Assembly (NCBI GenBank): GCA_043758185.1
Contig: JAYVNZ010000006.1
Coordinates: 1-49,636, forward strand
DNA: 49,636 nt
Direction: 5' to 3'
Source of the DNA: Gemmatimonadaceae bacterium
Lineage (GTDB): Bacteria; Gemmatimonadota; Gemmatimonadetes; Gemmatimonadales; Gemmatimonadaceae
Every line of letters begins with the position of its first letter. Position 1 is the stretch's first letter. Below the pieces are notes generated by a model. The model made no database searches and was not told the origin of the DNA. It worked only from the letters and a program-made list of their open reading frames with translations. Positions 17,857 to 26,386 of this stretch are shown here, piece after piece. The translations under genes and the position numbers were made by a program.

Positions 17857-18051
17857 GCGAATCATGCCGTGATGCGTGTGACGCGGCTCACTGCATTTGC
17901 ATGCGGCGCCCGCTCGTAAAATGTTGATAACGTCACAAAACCCCGGTGTTTCTGTCGCAAAAACCCCCTTGCTACAATGCGCACGTGTATCAATCCTTCT
18001 AAACATCAATTTGCAGTCTCACGTGCCGAAACTGCGCGACGGAGAATACTG

Positions 18052-19293
18052 GTGTCTGATTCATTGGAACGTGTGCGCCACCTGCCGTTCTTCACTGAGC
18101 TTGCATCGCTCGAGGAGGATGATCCCTCGTGGCGTGTAGTGAGTGCGGGCCTGGTGTTGCTTCGCCTCGTGGATGCGTGGATCGAGGATGGCGCTGCTGT
18201 GGTCGCCGCTGATGGATGGGGTGTGCGCTCGGTGGAGGCGTGCCTCGAGGAGATGCCGGCGGGCATGCCTGCGCGCGCAATTCTCAGGAGTATGCTCACC
18301 ACGCTCGTTGCGGCGCGGAATGGCGACATGCATACGGTGGCGCCTCGCCTGATGGCCTACGCACGCACTCTCGACCTCGATGCGAAGTGGGCGCTGGCGG
18401 CAGACGTGTATGACACGGTGCTCGCGCATGTACATCCGGATGAGGAGAGCGAGGTGGTCGTCACAGCGCTGCTACGTCGGGGGCATTGCGTGCGCGAGCT
18501 TGGCGACCTGGCGGGCGCAACGGAGTCATTCAACACGGCAGCAGAGCTGGCACATCGCAGCGGCGACATGATCGGAACGCTTCGTGCGCGGATTGGCGAA
18601 GCGAGGATCGTGGTGGCGCGGGGAAATCTGCCCGCCGCCGATGTCATCCTCGAAGAGACCGCGCTCCGCGCCACCGAACACCAGCTTCTGGAAGTGCGTT
18701 CGATGGCGACGCATGATCGTGCGTCAATCGCGTACACGCGCGGGCAATACGACCGCGCGATCCGCTTCGCCTATGAGGCGTTGCACGACAGTGTGAATGA
18801 GATAGAGCGGGATCGTATCCTTGGCGCTCTCGCGGCTTCATTTTCCATGCTCGGCGTGAAATCGGCCGCGCGCGACGCGCACCTCATCCTCGCGGCGACG
18901 GCCCGCGACCAGTTTCAACGCTGGGCCGCGACGATCAACTTGATGGAGTTGGCAGCGGAGGATGTCGTCGAGGTGCAGTTCGGGCGGTATCGCAAGGAAC
19001 TGGAAGCGGCGGACCTGCCACCATTCCTGCGCACGCAGTTTGAACTGCACGTAGGCAGAGGGTTTCAGCTCTTTGGCCGTTTCGGCGAAGCACAGGCGTG
19101 GCTCAACCGCGCCCTCGGAAGCGCGACGTCACATTCCTTCAACCAGTTGATATTCGCCACCGAGACGGCCCTCGCGCAGAACGCAGCCCCACGCCAGCCC
19201 AGGGTACTGACGACTGCGTTCGACATTCCCCGTGACGTGAGGCTCATCGCCACGGAGTTGAGGGAAATGCGGAGGCTGACCGAAGCGATCTAA
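18052..19293 (+). CDS. hypothetical TPR-like helical repeat protein
   Basis: Helical repeat composition with TPR-like segments (e.g. RRGHCVRELGDLAGATESFNTAAELA, YTRGQYDRAIRFAYEAL). Start placed at GTG 18052, 7 nt after GGAG. The track start at 17977 lies in AT-rich, non-coding-looking sequence. Confidence 0.6.
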   Translation: MSDSLERVRHLPFFTELASLEEDDPSWRVVSAGLVLLRLVDAWIEDGAAVVAADGWGVRSVEACLEEMPAGMPARAILRSMLTTLVAARNGDMHTVAPRLMAYARTLDLDAKWALAADVYDTVLAHVHPDEESEVVVTALLRRGHCVRELGDLAGATESFNTAAELAHRSGDMIGTLRARIGEARIVVARGNLPAADVILEETALRATEHQLLEVRSMATHDRASIAYTRGQYDRAIRFAYEALHDSVNEIERDRILGALAASFSMLGVKSAARDAHLILAATARDQFQRWAATINLMELAAEDVVEVQFGRYRKELEAADLPPFLRTQFELHVGRGFQLFGRFGEAQAWLNRALGSATSHSFNQLIFATETALAQNAAPRQPRVLTTAFDIPRDVRLIATELREMRRLTEAI

Positions 19294-19317
19294 CGCCGAG
19301 CCTCCAGATCCACGGTA

Positions 19318-19437
19318 TCAGCCGCTGGACGCGACCACAACACCATCATTCCGCGGCGCTGTCGGGGAGGTACCGCAGGCAGTCACAGCCAGCGAGGCAA
19401 TCGCGACAACAATGAGGGAGATCTGGCGACGGGACAT
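19318..19437 (-). CDS. candidate 39-aa micro-lipoprotein (below the track length cutoff)
   Basis: My hand translation gives MSRRQISLIVVAIASLAVTACGTSPTAPRNDGVVVASSG*. GGAG lies 6 nt upstream of the ATG. The order is n-region, h-region, then a VTAC lipobox. GC3 is only moderate (27 of 39 by hand count). Confidence 0.3.
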   Translation of the reverse strand: MSRRQISLIVVAIASLAVTACGTSPTAPRNDGVVVASSG

Positions 19438-19504
19438 GATGCACTCCGAGGTGAGATGAACAGGGTCGTGCGACTTCACCCTTGAAGGCTAGGGTCGCGG
19501 AGAG

Positions 19505-20371
19505 TTGGGTAAACCCGCATTTTGTGACAGGAAACCGGGTTTTTGTGCCAATTCCTTCCGCCGGCTCAACTTGCACGTCGTCGCATTCCTTCCTCGTAAC
19601 CTGCTCGCCCATCTTCGCGTGGTGCTGGGGGATGTGCATTCCCTCGGTGTAGCGACGGGTCCGGCAGAAATGCATTCTCTGTTGCGTAGCGAGACTGTCG
19701 ACCTGATCATTGTGGATCCGGCTCAGCAGGATGGGCAGTACGCGGAGGATGTCGAATCGATCATCGCGAGTCATCCCACGCTGCCGGTGATCGTGTACAC
19801 CGCGCTGGCTCCGAACGCGATGCGGATGGTGGTGCAACTTGCGCGGCTCGGTGTGCACAACGTGGTATTGAACCGGTTCGACGATGAACCGCGGCGCTTT
19901 CTGGAACTGATCGAACGGGTCCCGGCGCATCCACTGGCCGAGTTGATGTTGCAGGAACTGGCGACGCCACTCCGGCTGTTGCCAGTGGTTGTGGCCCGTG
20001 CCATCGAGCAGTTGTTCCGCTCACCGGCCCGGGTGAAGAACAGCCAGGAGCTGGCACGGTTGGCGGGCATGGCGTCCCGATCGCTCTACCGGCACATGCT
20101 GCCAGCAGGGCTCCAGCCGCGTCACCTCATTGTCTGCGCTCGGCTCTTACGTGCCTACACGCTGCTGCGCGCGCCAGGCAGCAGGTTGAAGGAAATCAGC
20201 AGCAAGCTTGGCTACGCCGACCCGGATACGCTGAGCAAACTTGTAACGGAATGGACTGGACTCGCGCCAAAGGATATCCGGACCGGGGTAGCGCCGGAGC
20301 TGTTCGTTCGACTGCTGGCGGACCATCTGCGTCGCGTCAAGACGGGCGAGGATGTGACGGAACCTGAATGA
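19505..20371 (+). CDS. AraC-family HTH regulator with N-terminal receiver-like (probably pseudo-receiver) domain
   Basis: The C-terminus has two AraC HTH units (SQELARLAGMASRSLYRHM..., LKEISSKLGYADPDTLSKLVTEWTGLAPKDIR). The N-terminus has the receiver-like strand pattern (VDLIIVDP, LPVIVYTA) but lacks the DD acidic pocket and the conserved Lys. The track start is TTG. Confidence 0.75.
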   Translation: MGKPAFCDRKPGFCANSFRRLNLHVVAFLPRNLLAHLRVVLGDVHSLGVATGPAEMHSLLRSETVDLIIVDPAQQDGQYAEDVESIIASHPTLPVIVYTALAPNAMRMVVQLARLGVHNVVLNRFDDEPRRFLELIERVPAHPLAELMLQELATPLRLLPVVVARAIEQLFRSPARVKNSQELARLAGMASRSLYRHMLPAGLQPRHLIVCARLLRAYTLLRAPGSRLKEISSKLGYADPDTLSKLVTEWTGLAPKDIRTGVAPELFVRLLADHLRRVKTGEDVTEPE

Positions 20372-20433
20372 GGTCGTATCGATGGAGCAGCATCCGCTTG
20401 AACACCGAGAGCATGACCGAGACCGAGGACGTG

Positions 20434-20844
20434 ATGTATCCTGAGCCCGCCCGCGTGCTCGTCGTGGATGACGAACCGGCAATCTGCCGGGCGCTCACGA
20501 TTGCGCTGACGCGCGCCGGCTTCGAGGTCACGGCTGCGCATTCCGGTGACGCGGCGCTCGCCATCCTCGCGTCGCAGCACGTGGACGTGATGGTCATCGA
20601 CCTGCGCATTCCCGACACGCGCGGCGACGTGGTGTTCGAACTGGCCGCGGCCACCCAACCGCAGCTGCGCCACCAGACCCTGTTCATGACCGGTGACATC
20701 TCGGAGCGTGCTTACAAGCTGATCCTGTCGTGCAAATGCCCGTCGATCCGGAAACCGTTCGAGCTCAAGGAACTGATCGGTGCCGTCACGGCGCTGGCGC
20801 CTCATCGCGGTCGAGAACGCGATGCACGTGGCCAGAGCGCCTAG
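20434..20844 (+). CDS. single-domain response regulator (receiver only)
   Basis: Has VLVVDDEP, VMVIDLRIPD (phospho-acceptor Asp), FMTGD and IRKPF. ATG 20434 follows GAGGAC. Alternative starts are 20413 and 20368, the latter overlapping the AraC stop as ATGA. Confidence 0.85.
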   Translation: MYPEPARVLVVDDEPAICRALTIALTRAGFEVTAAHSGDAALAILASQHVDVMVIDLRIPDTRGDVVFELAAATQPQLRHQTLFMTGDISERAYKLILSCKCPSIRKPFELKELIGAVTALAPHRGRERDARGQSA

Positions 20845-20862
20845 CCGCGCCACGCGCTCACG

Positions 20863-21456
20863 CTACAGCGACCACCCCTTGAGCTTCGCGATCGTTTCCT
20901 CGAGTGCCCGGCGCTCTTCGTCGCGGCTCGCTTCGGCCCACAGCCCTTCGTAAGTACGCACCGCGAGATCGAGCGCGAGTGGATCATGCTCGGCGCCAGC
21001 AACGCTGGCTGCGTTGTCAGCGAGGGCAGCACGGGCAAGCTGGTCTGCCGGGAACTGCTCGGCCACCTGCTGCCAGCGTTCCATGCGCGTGCGGGGATTC
21101 GATTCGCTCAACGACCACAGGTGCCAGGCTCCTCGGTTGGCAGCGTCGGCCGCGAGGGCACGCGACGCCAGGGTGCCAACCATGTCGGCACCGCGCCCCG
21201 TGAGCCAGTAGGCGTTGGCCAGGATGACCATGGCCTGCGCATTGGAGGGCTGTGCCGCTACGATTCTTTCGTAGGCGGGAATCACGACCTCGGGCAGGTC
21301 GTGGAAGGGGGCTGCCGCAGCCGCGAGGGCGACGGGGTCCGCTGCGGTGGAAAGCGCCTTCATGCGGTCGAGCAATGACGCGATGTCGCCGTCTTGCCGG
21401 TATACCTGCACTGCGGCCGAGACCGCGGCGTTCACGTCGGCTGGGGGGGAGAACAT
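20863..21456 (-). CDS. hypothetical helical (TPR-like) protein, 197 aa
   Basis: Balanced Ala/Leu-rich helical composition (e.g. QAMVILANAYWLTGRGADMV). The competing ORFs here are Arg-rich. GTG 21435 is an alternative start. Confidence 0.55.
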   Translation of the reverse strand: MFSPPADVNAAVSAAVQVYRQDGDIASLLDRMKALSTAADPVALAAAAAPFHDLPEVVIPAYERIVAAQPSNAQAMVILANAYWLTGRGADMVGTLASRALAADAANRGAWHLWSLSESNPRTRMERWQQVAEQFPADQLARAALADNAASVAGAEHDPLALDLAVRTYEGLWAEASRDEERRALEETIAKLKGWSL

Positions 21457-21916
21457 GGGTGAAAGTTACTCGGGTTTGCCGGGTGGCGGGCCTCCGCCGC
21501 GAACGGCCGCGCCCGTCGCAGTCTCGGAACCGCACACTGCCTTGGCGCGCGAGCTGATTGGGCGGCTGGTTCCCACTGCGGACGCTGACAAGCTGGTGCG
21601 CGCGTTGCTCGCGGAGCGGGAGCAGGGAGGCACCGCGCCCGCAGCGCCCGCGCAGTACAACAGCGACGAAGAAGTGGCGGTGCGCGAGTTGGCACGCGTG
21701 CGCGGACAGTTCGCCCTTGGCGAGAGTGCGCGCACCCTGCAGCATGCGTTCAACAATCCGCTCACGGCGCTGCTGGCGGAGGCACAGTTGCTGGAGGGTG
21801 AGATGATGAGCGATGAGCATCGGGCGGCGTTGGCCCGCATGCTGGAGTTGACGCGCCGCCTCGTGACGGTGTCGCGACGGCTGGAACAAGCGTCATCCAG
21901 TCCTCGGGCGGGGTGA
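21455..21916 (+). CDS. stand-alone HisKA/DHp-domain protein (no ATPase domain)
   Basis: Has an H-box (LQHAFNNPLTALLAEAQLLEGE) followed by a second helix (HRAALARMLELTRRLVTVSRRLEQ), then a stop. The N-terminal 60 aa are Pro/Ala-rich. GGGGGAG lies 4 nt upstream of ATG 21455. Confidence 0.6.
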   Translation: MGESYSGLPGGGPPPRTAAPVAVSEPHTALARELIGRLVPTADADKLVRALLAEREQGGTAPAAPAQYNSDEEVAVRELARVRGQFALGESARTLQHAFNNPLTALLAEAQLLEGEMMSDEHRAALARMLELTRRLVTVSRRLEQASSSPRAG

Positions 21917-22336
21917 GCGACAGGATTGAAAGCGAAGGGGCTTTTGGCGGGGTGGGTTGCGCGAATCGGGTTGAGTGGCGATACTCGTTGCGTCTGGTGG
22001 CTCCGACGGTGTTCGCGTCCGGCCCCGCCGACGTAACGACCTGCGGCAATCCCGGTGGCCCCGTGAGCAACGGGTGCACGAGGCGAGATCAGGGCCGCGC
22101 CCTGACAGGAATGTCGTCTGGCCCCGCGTGAGAGTTCCGCGCCGGCAGACGGATGAGGCACAGCACCGAATCGCATCACGGAGTCCGTCACATTCTTGTG
22201 TTCCGTCGTGGCACTCGCCATACGGCTTCCTCATGTGGCCAGTACCCTCGCGATGATGCGAACGCAGTACCGCTCCAGCAGGACGTGGTCACGCCATGCG
22301 TGATCGCGCGCATTCACCCTGACCGACAACCGCTGC
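21917..22336 (+). promoter_or_regulatory. long untranslated region upstream of rho (promoter plus leader)
   Basis: 420 nt with no convincing ORF in any frame and visibly lower GC than the flanking genes. Long rho leaders used for autoregulation are known in other bacteria. Confidence 0.35.
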
Positions 22337-23884
22337 ATGAACGAACGCCGGCGTCCTCCACGTCGCGGCCGCGCAACCCGCCCGAAGAACGACCCTGCCG
22401 CCGAGAATGGCGGTGAGGACAATCCGTATCGCGAAGCGTCCCTTGGGCCGGATGACGGCGCGGAGCCGAGCGGGCCCGAGGCCAGCCAAGGCGCCCCGGT
22501 GGAGCGCGTGGTGCGCGAACCGGACAGCGCTCCGGTTGGAGATGTGCCTGCAGCGGCTGGCGAGGACAGCGGCGGTACGATGCCGGCGCCGCCGGATCGC
22601 ACTCGGCCGGAGAACGGGGTGGGTGGCGGCCATCCGCGGGAGAGAGAAGGCCAGAACGGGCGGCGAGGTCGGCGCAATCGTGGTCGTGGTCGGCGCGAGC
22701 CGGGTCAGGCATCTCCGGAGCGGGTGGCGGGTGTACCACAGCCCTCCGCGCCCGTGGTACTGGTGCCCACGGGTGAGACGACCGGCTGGTTCGACCCGTC
22801 GCGCGATGGCGGGTTCATTCGGCGCGCGCTGGGGAGCTACCTGGCTGATGCGAGTGATGCATACGTGCCACCGCACCTGGTGCGACAGTTTGCGCTTCGC
22901 AAGAGCGATGAAGTCACGGGCACCACGGGGCGTGACCCCCGGGGTCGCAACGCGCTGATCGAGATCACGCAGATCAACGCGGGGGATCCTGCGGACGCTG
23001 CTCGGCGTCCCGAATTCAATACGCTCATCGCGACGTACCCGGAGCGGAAGCTCTTCCTGGAGACCGGCCGGCCGGCGAAGGGCGGTGCGGAACTGATCCG
23101 GCGCGCCATCGACCTCATTGCGCCAATCGGCTATGGGCAGCGTGCACTGATCGTGGCGCCGGCGCGTGCTGGCAAGACGACATTGCTCCATGCGATCACT
23201 GAGGGCATCGCGATCAATCATCCGGCCGCGAGCCTGTTGATCCTGCTGGTGGACGAGCGTCCGGAGGAAGTGAGCGAGGCCATCTCGTGGGGGGTGGGCG
23301 AAGTCATTGCATCGAGCTTCGACCAACCGGCGGCGCGCCATGTGGAGGTCACCGAGATGGTGCTGGAGCGTGCGCGGCGGCTGGTGGAGACGGGTCGTGA
23401 CGTGGTGATCGTGCTCGACTCGTTGACGCGCATGGCGCGCGCGCACAATACGGCGGAGCGCGGGACGGGGCGCACGATGTCGGGCGGACTGGATGCGCAG
23501 GCGATGGCGAAGCCCAAGGCGTTCTTCGGGTCGGCGCGCGCGGTGGCGCCGTCGTCGGGTGGCGGCTCGTTGACGATCATCGCGACGGCGCTCGTGGAGA
23601 CCGGCTCGCGGATGGACGACATCATCTTCGAGGAGTTCAAGGGCACGGGCAACTGCGAGATCAAGCTGGATCGTTCGCTGGCGGAGAAGCGGATCTATCC
23701 AGCCATTGACATCGCGACGAGTGGGACGCGGCGAGAGGAGAAGCTGTTTCGCGCCGACCAGCTGGATCACGTGTACACGCTGCGCCGCGGGCTGGGGCAG
23801 ATGCCGCCGCAGTCGGGTATGGAGTGGCTGATCAAGCGCATTGGGAACACCACCAACAACGATGCGTTGCTGACGGGGTTGTGA
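22337..23884 (+). CDS. rho: transcription termination factor Rho with extended Arg/Gly/Pro-rich N-terminal region
   Basis: Has the OB/CSD-like RNA-binding block (GFIRR...YVPPHLVRQFALRKSDEVTG), Walker A (APARAGKTTLL), LLVDERPEEV and the C-terminal RecA-type domain. Confidence 0.95.
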   Translation: MNERRRPPRRGRATRPKNDPAAENGGEDNPYREASLGPDDGAEPSGPEASQGAPVERVVREPDSAPVGDVPAAAGEDSGGTMPAPPDRTRPENGVGGGHPREREGQNGRRGRRNRGRGRREPGQASPERVAGVPQPSAPVVLVPTGETTGWFDPSRDGGFIRRALGSYLADASDAYVPPHLVRQFALRKSDEVTGTTGRDPRGRNALIEITQINAGDPADAARRPEFNTLIATYPERKLFLETGRPAKGGAELIRRAIDLIAPIGYGQRALIVAPARAGKTTLLHAITEGIAINHPAASLLILLVDERPEEVSEAISWGVGEVIASSFDQPAARHVEVTEMVLERARRLVETGRDVVIVLDSLTRMARAHNTAERGTGRTMSGGLDAQAMAKPKAFFGSARAVAPSSGGGSLTIIATALVETGSRMDDIIFEEFKGTGNCEIKLDRSLAEKRIYPAIDIATSGTRREEKLFRADQLDHVYTLRRGLGQMPPQSGMEWLIKRIGNTTNNDALLTGL

Positions 23885-23987
<103 letters not shown>

Positions 23988-24025
23988 CAAGGGGTGAGGT
24001 TTGAGGGGTAAGGGGTGAGGGAACG
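23988..24025 (+). repeat. GGGGTRAG-type G-run block
   Basis: CAAGGGGTGAGGTTTGAGGGGTAAGGGGTGAGGGAACG has four G runs of at least 3 nt, separated by loops of 10, 3 and 3 nt. Confidence 0.8.
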
Positions 24026-24082
24026 AGCTTGGGCAAAGGGGTTTCGCGACAGGGCCCACCCTTTGCTATAGATTGGCCCATC

Positions 24083-26386
24083 ATGCACCTGTCCTGCCGT
24101 CTGGGGCGTCTGGCGCTCGCGCTCGTGGCGAGCGCCTTTGCTACGCCTTCCCTTGCCGCCCAGCTGCCCCGTCACGACGTCGCGCCGGCGCCAGAAGTGG
24201 CGTCCGTGCAGTTCGATGGGGCCACGAAGGCGATCGACCTCGTGGAGCTCCAATCCAACATCTACACCGAGCCGACGCGGTGCCGGAGCTTCGCGCTCGC
24301 GTTGTTCTGCCGATTCACGCGGTATCGGGGATTCGAGGAGCGGCACTACCTGAATCGCCAGGAGCTCAAGCGCGACGTCCTCCGCATTCGCGTGTTCTAC
24401 TTTCGCGAGGGGTACCGCGAGGCACAGGTGGACACGACGGTCACGCAGGTGAACGACAAGCAGGTTGCCGTTCGGTTCCACATCGTGGAGGGCCTGCCGA
24501 CGGTCGTCTCGGGGGTCACCATCGCGTACGACTCGGCGATGTTCACGCCGAAGAAGGTGAAGCAGCTCAACCTCGTGGAGACGGGCCGGCCGCTCGACCT
24601 GTTCGAGCTGGATTCCACGCGAATCCAGTTCCAGAACGCGCTGTGGGATGAGGGGTATGCCGACGCCCTGGTCGATACGTCCACGGTGGTGGACCAACCT
24701 GCGCACACGGCGCGTGTGCAGATTCGCCTCGTTCCCAACCACCTCACCACGGTGGGGGAAATTGCGATCCAGGGCACGAACCAGGTTGCACCCGCGACGG
24801 TACTCAACTCCCTGAGCTTTCGTCGCGGTGACCTGTTCCGCCGGTCGGCGATGATCGAGAGCCAGCGCAACCTCTACGAGTCGAACCTGTTCAAGCTGGC
24901 GGCGCTCGACGTGCCGGAGACGTTCGACAGTGCGAAGACGGTGAACGTGCTGGTGCGCGAGGCGCCGCTGCACGAAGCGCGAATCGGCGGCGGATTCAAC
25001 ACGGTGGATTTCCTCCAGACGGAAGGCCGCTTCACGCATTACAACCTGCTTGGTGGTGCCCGGCGCCTGGACATTTCCGCCAGCGTTGGCAACCTGCTTG
25101 CCAGCAGCCTGAACGGAAAAGGGCTGTTCCATCGGCAGCTCGATGACACCACGATCACCGGCAACGGTGGCGACTTCCTGCAGCCAACTTACCAGGCGAG
25201 CATCGAGTTGAAGCAGCCGGCGTGGCTGCAGCGTCCGCGCAATGCGCTCGCGGTGGGCGCATTCGCGCAGCGCCGAGCGGTGCCGTCGGTGGTGATAGAC
25301 CGCGGGTATGGTGGCAACCTGACGTATACGCGGACGCTCGCGATTCGCGCGCCGGCCAGCCTGTCGTATCGCTTCGAGGTGACGCGTGTGGAGGCGGGAG
25401 GCCCGTACTTCTGCGTGAACTTCGGCGTGTGCGACACGACGTCGATTGCGGCGCTGCGCTCGCACCAGCGACTGTCGCCAGTCACGGGGCAGCTCCAGGT
25501 GGATCGCTCCGACCAGCCGCTGAACCCCATGCGCGGATACACGGCGCGTGCGGAGCTCGAGCACGCGTCCTCGTTCACGGTGTCCGACTACCGCTACAAC
25601 CGCGCGTACGCCGAAGGGGCGTTGTATTCGCGCATGGGCGGGAAGAACTCCGTGTTGTCAGCGCACCTGAAGATCGGATTCGTGCGGCCGCTGAGCGGGT
25701 CCGGCATGTCGAACACGTCCGTGCTGCACCCGCGCAAGCGCTTTTATGCCGGCGGATCGCAGTCCGTTCGTGGCTACGGCGAGAACCAGCTGGGGCCGCG
25801 TATCCTGACGTTGCCGCATGGGTTCCTGGCGCATGCCACGACCGCGAACGGCGCGCCGTGCGACGTGAATTCCGATGCCGTGCGCTTCTGCGACCCGAAC
25901 ACGGCGCGCGACACGACGGCGAAGGATGGCGTGTTCGGCGCCGTGGGCGACGACAAGTTCACGCCGCGTCCGCTGGGTGGGACGTCGTTGCTTGAGGGAA
26001 GCATCGAGTATCGCTTTCCGCTCGGCTTCCTGCAGGACCTGAGTGGTGCGGTGTTCCTGGACGGCGCGGCCGTGGGTGAGCGCATCCTGGATCCGTTGGG
26101 GTCCGGCGTGCGCACGCTCGCTGACCTCGTGCGCGGGACGGGCGCCATCACACCGGGCTTCGGTGTGCGGTACCTGACGTCGGTGGGACCGATTCGCGTG
26201 GACGTGGGGTTCAATCCCTCTCGTGCGGAGAAGCTCGCGGTGGTGACGGAGGTGGTGCGCAATGGCAAGCTGGAGATCGTCCCGCTGGAGATCCCGAAGC
26301 TGTACTCGGCGACGGGAACGTCGACTGGCATCGGGGCGATCCTGAATCGGTTCACGTTGCACCTGTCGATTGGCCAGGCCTACTGA
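24083..26386 (+). CDS. Omp85-family outer membrane protein (POTRA repeats + D15 surface-antigen barrel), TamA-like partner of TamB
   Basis: Signal peptide MHLSCRLGRLALALVASAFATPSLAAQ. POTRA-like N-terminal repeats are followed by a C-terminal barrel ending ...LHLSIGQAY. The stop overlaps the tamB ATG (TGATG at 26384-26388). Confidence 0.9.
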   Translation: MHLSCRLGRLALALVASAFATPSLAAQLPRHDVAPAPEVASVQFDGATKAIDLVELQSNIYTEPTRCRSFALALFCRFTRYRGFEERHYLNRQELKRDVLRIRVFYFREGYREAQVDTTVTQVNDKQVAVRFHIVEGLPTVVSGVTIAYDSAMFTPKKVKQLNLVETGRPLDLFELDSTRIQFQNALWDEGYADALVDTSTVVDQPAHTARVQIRLVPNHLTTVGEIAIQGTNQVAPATVLNSLSFRRGDLFRRSAMIESQRNLYESNLFKLAALDVPETFDSAKTVNVLVREAPLHEARIGGGFNTVDFLQTEGRFTHYNLLGGARRLDISASVGNLLASSLNGKGLFHRQLDDTTITGNGGDFLQPTYQASIELKQPAWLQRPRNALAVGAFAQRRAVPSVVIDRGYGGNLTYTRTLAIRAPASLSYRFEVTRVEAGGPYFCVNFGVCDTTSIAALRSHQRLSPVTGQLQVDRSDQPLNPMRGYTARAELEHASSFTVSDYRYNRAYAEGALYSRMGGKNSVLSAHLKIGFVRPLSGSGMSNTSVLHPRKRFYAGGSQSVRGYGENQLGPRILTLPHGFLAHATTANGAPCDVNSDAVRFCDPNTARDTTAKDGVFGAVGDDKFTPRPLGGTSLLEGSIEYRFPLGFLQDLSGAVFLDGAAVGERILDPLGSGVRTLADLVRGTGAITPGFGVRYLTSVGPIRVDVGFNPSRAEKLAVVTEVVRNGKLEIVPLEIPKLYSATGTSTGIGAILNRFTLHLSIGQAY

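Noticed and set aside
19346-19930. 194-aa minus-strand ORF overlapping the AraC-type regulator start region
   Set aside because: It is His/Arg-rich and antisense to the regulator for most of its length. It is in a different frame from the short lipoprotein-like ORF, which I list separately.
21917-22336. Structured ncRNA (SRP RNA, tmRNA, RNase P, tRNA) or a decayed HATPase domain of the DHp gene in the rho upstream region
   Set aside because: I found no SRP motif (GGUCCGGAAGGAAGCAGC-like), no tmRNA or RNase P signature and no tRNA cloverleaf. Translating all three frames showed no N/G1/G2 kinase boxes. I kept it only as a putative leader.
22289-23770. 493-aa minus-strand ORF opposite rho, plus similar long ORFs at 3259-4782 (+), 23981-25564 (-), 26380-27525 (-), 28843-29970 (-) and 16864-18009 (-)
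   Set aside because: All are antisense or off-frame to genes with strong family signatures (rho, EF-G, Omp85, TamB, deacetylase). All have the Arg/His/Pro-rich composition expected for non-coding frames in GC-rich DNA.
24083-26386. Calling the Omp85 protein the essential BamA
   Set aside because: Its stop overlaps the tamB start, which is the TamA-TamB arrangement. However, at 767 aa it is longer than classical TamA. I therefore leave it as TamA-like/Omp85 rather than assign bamA or tamA.
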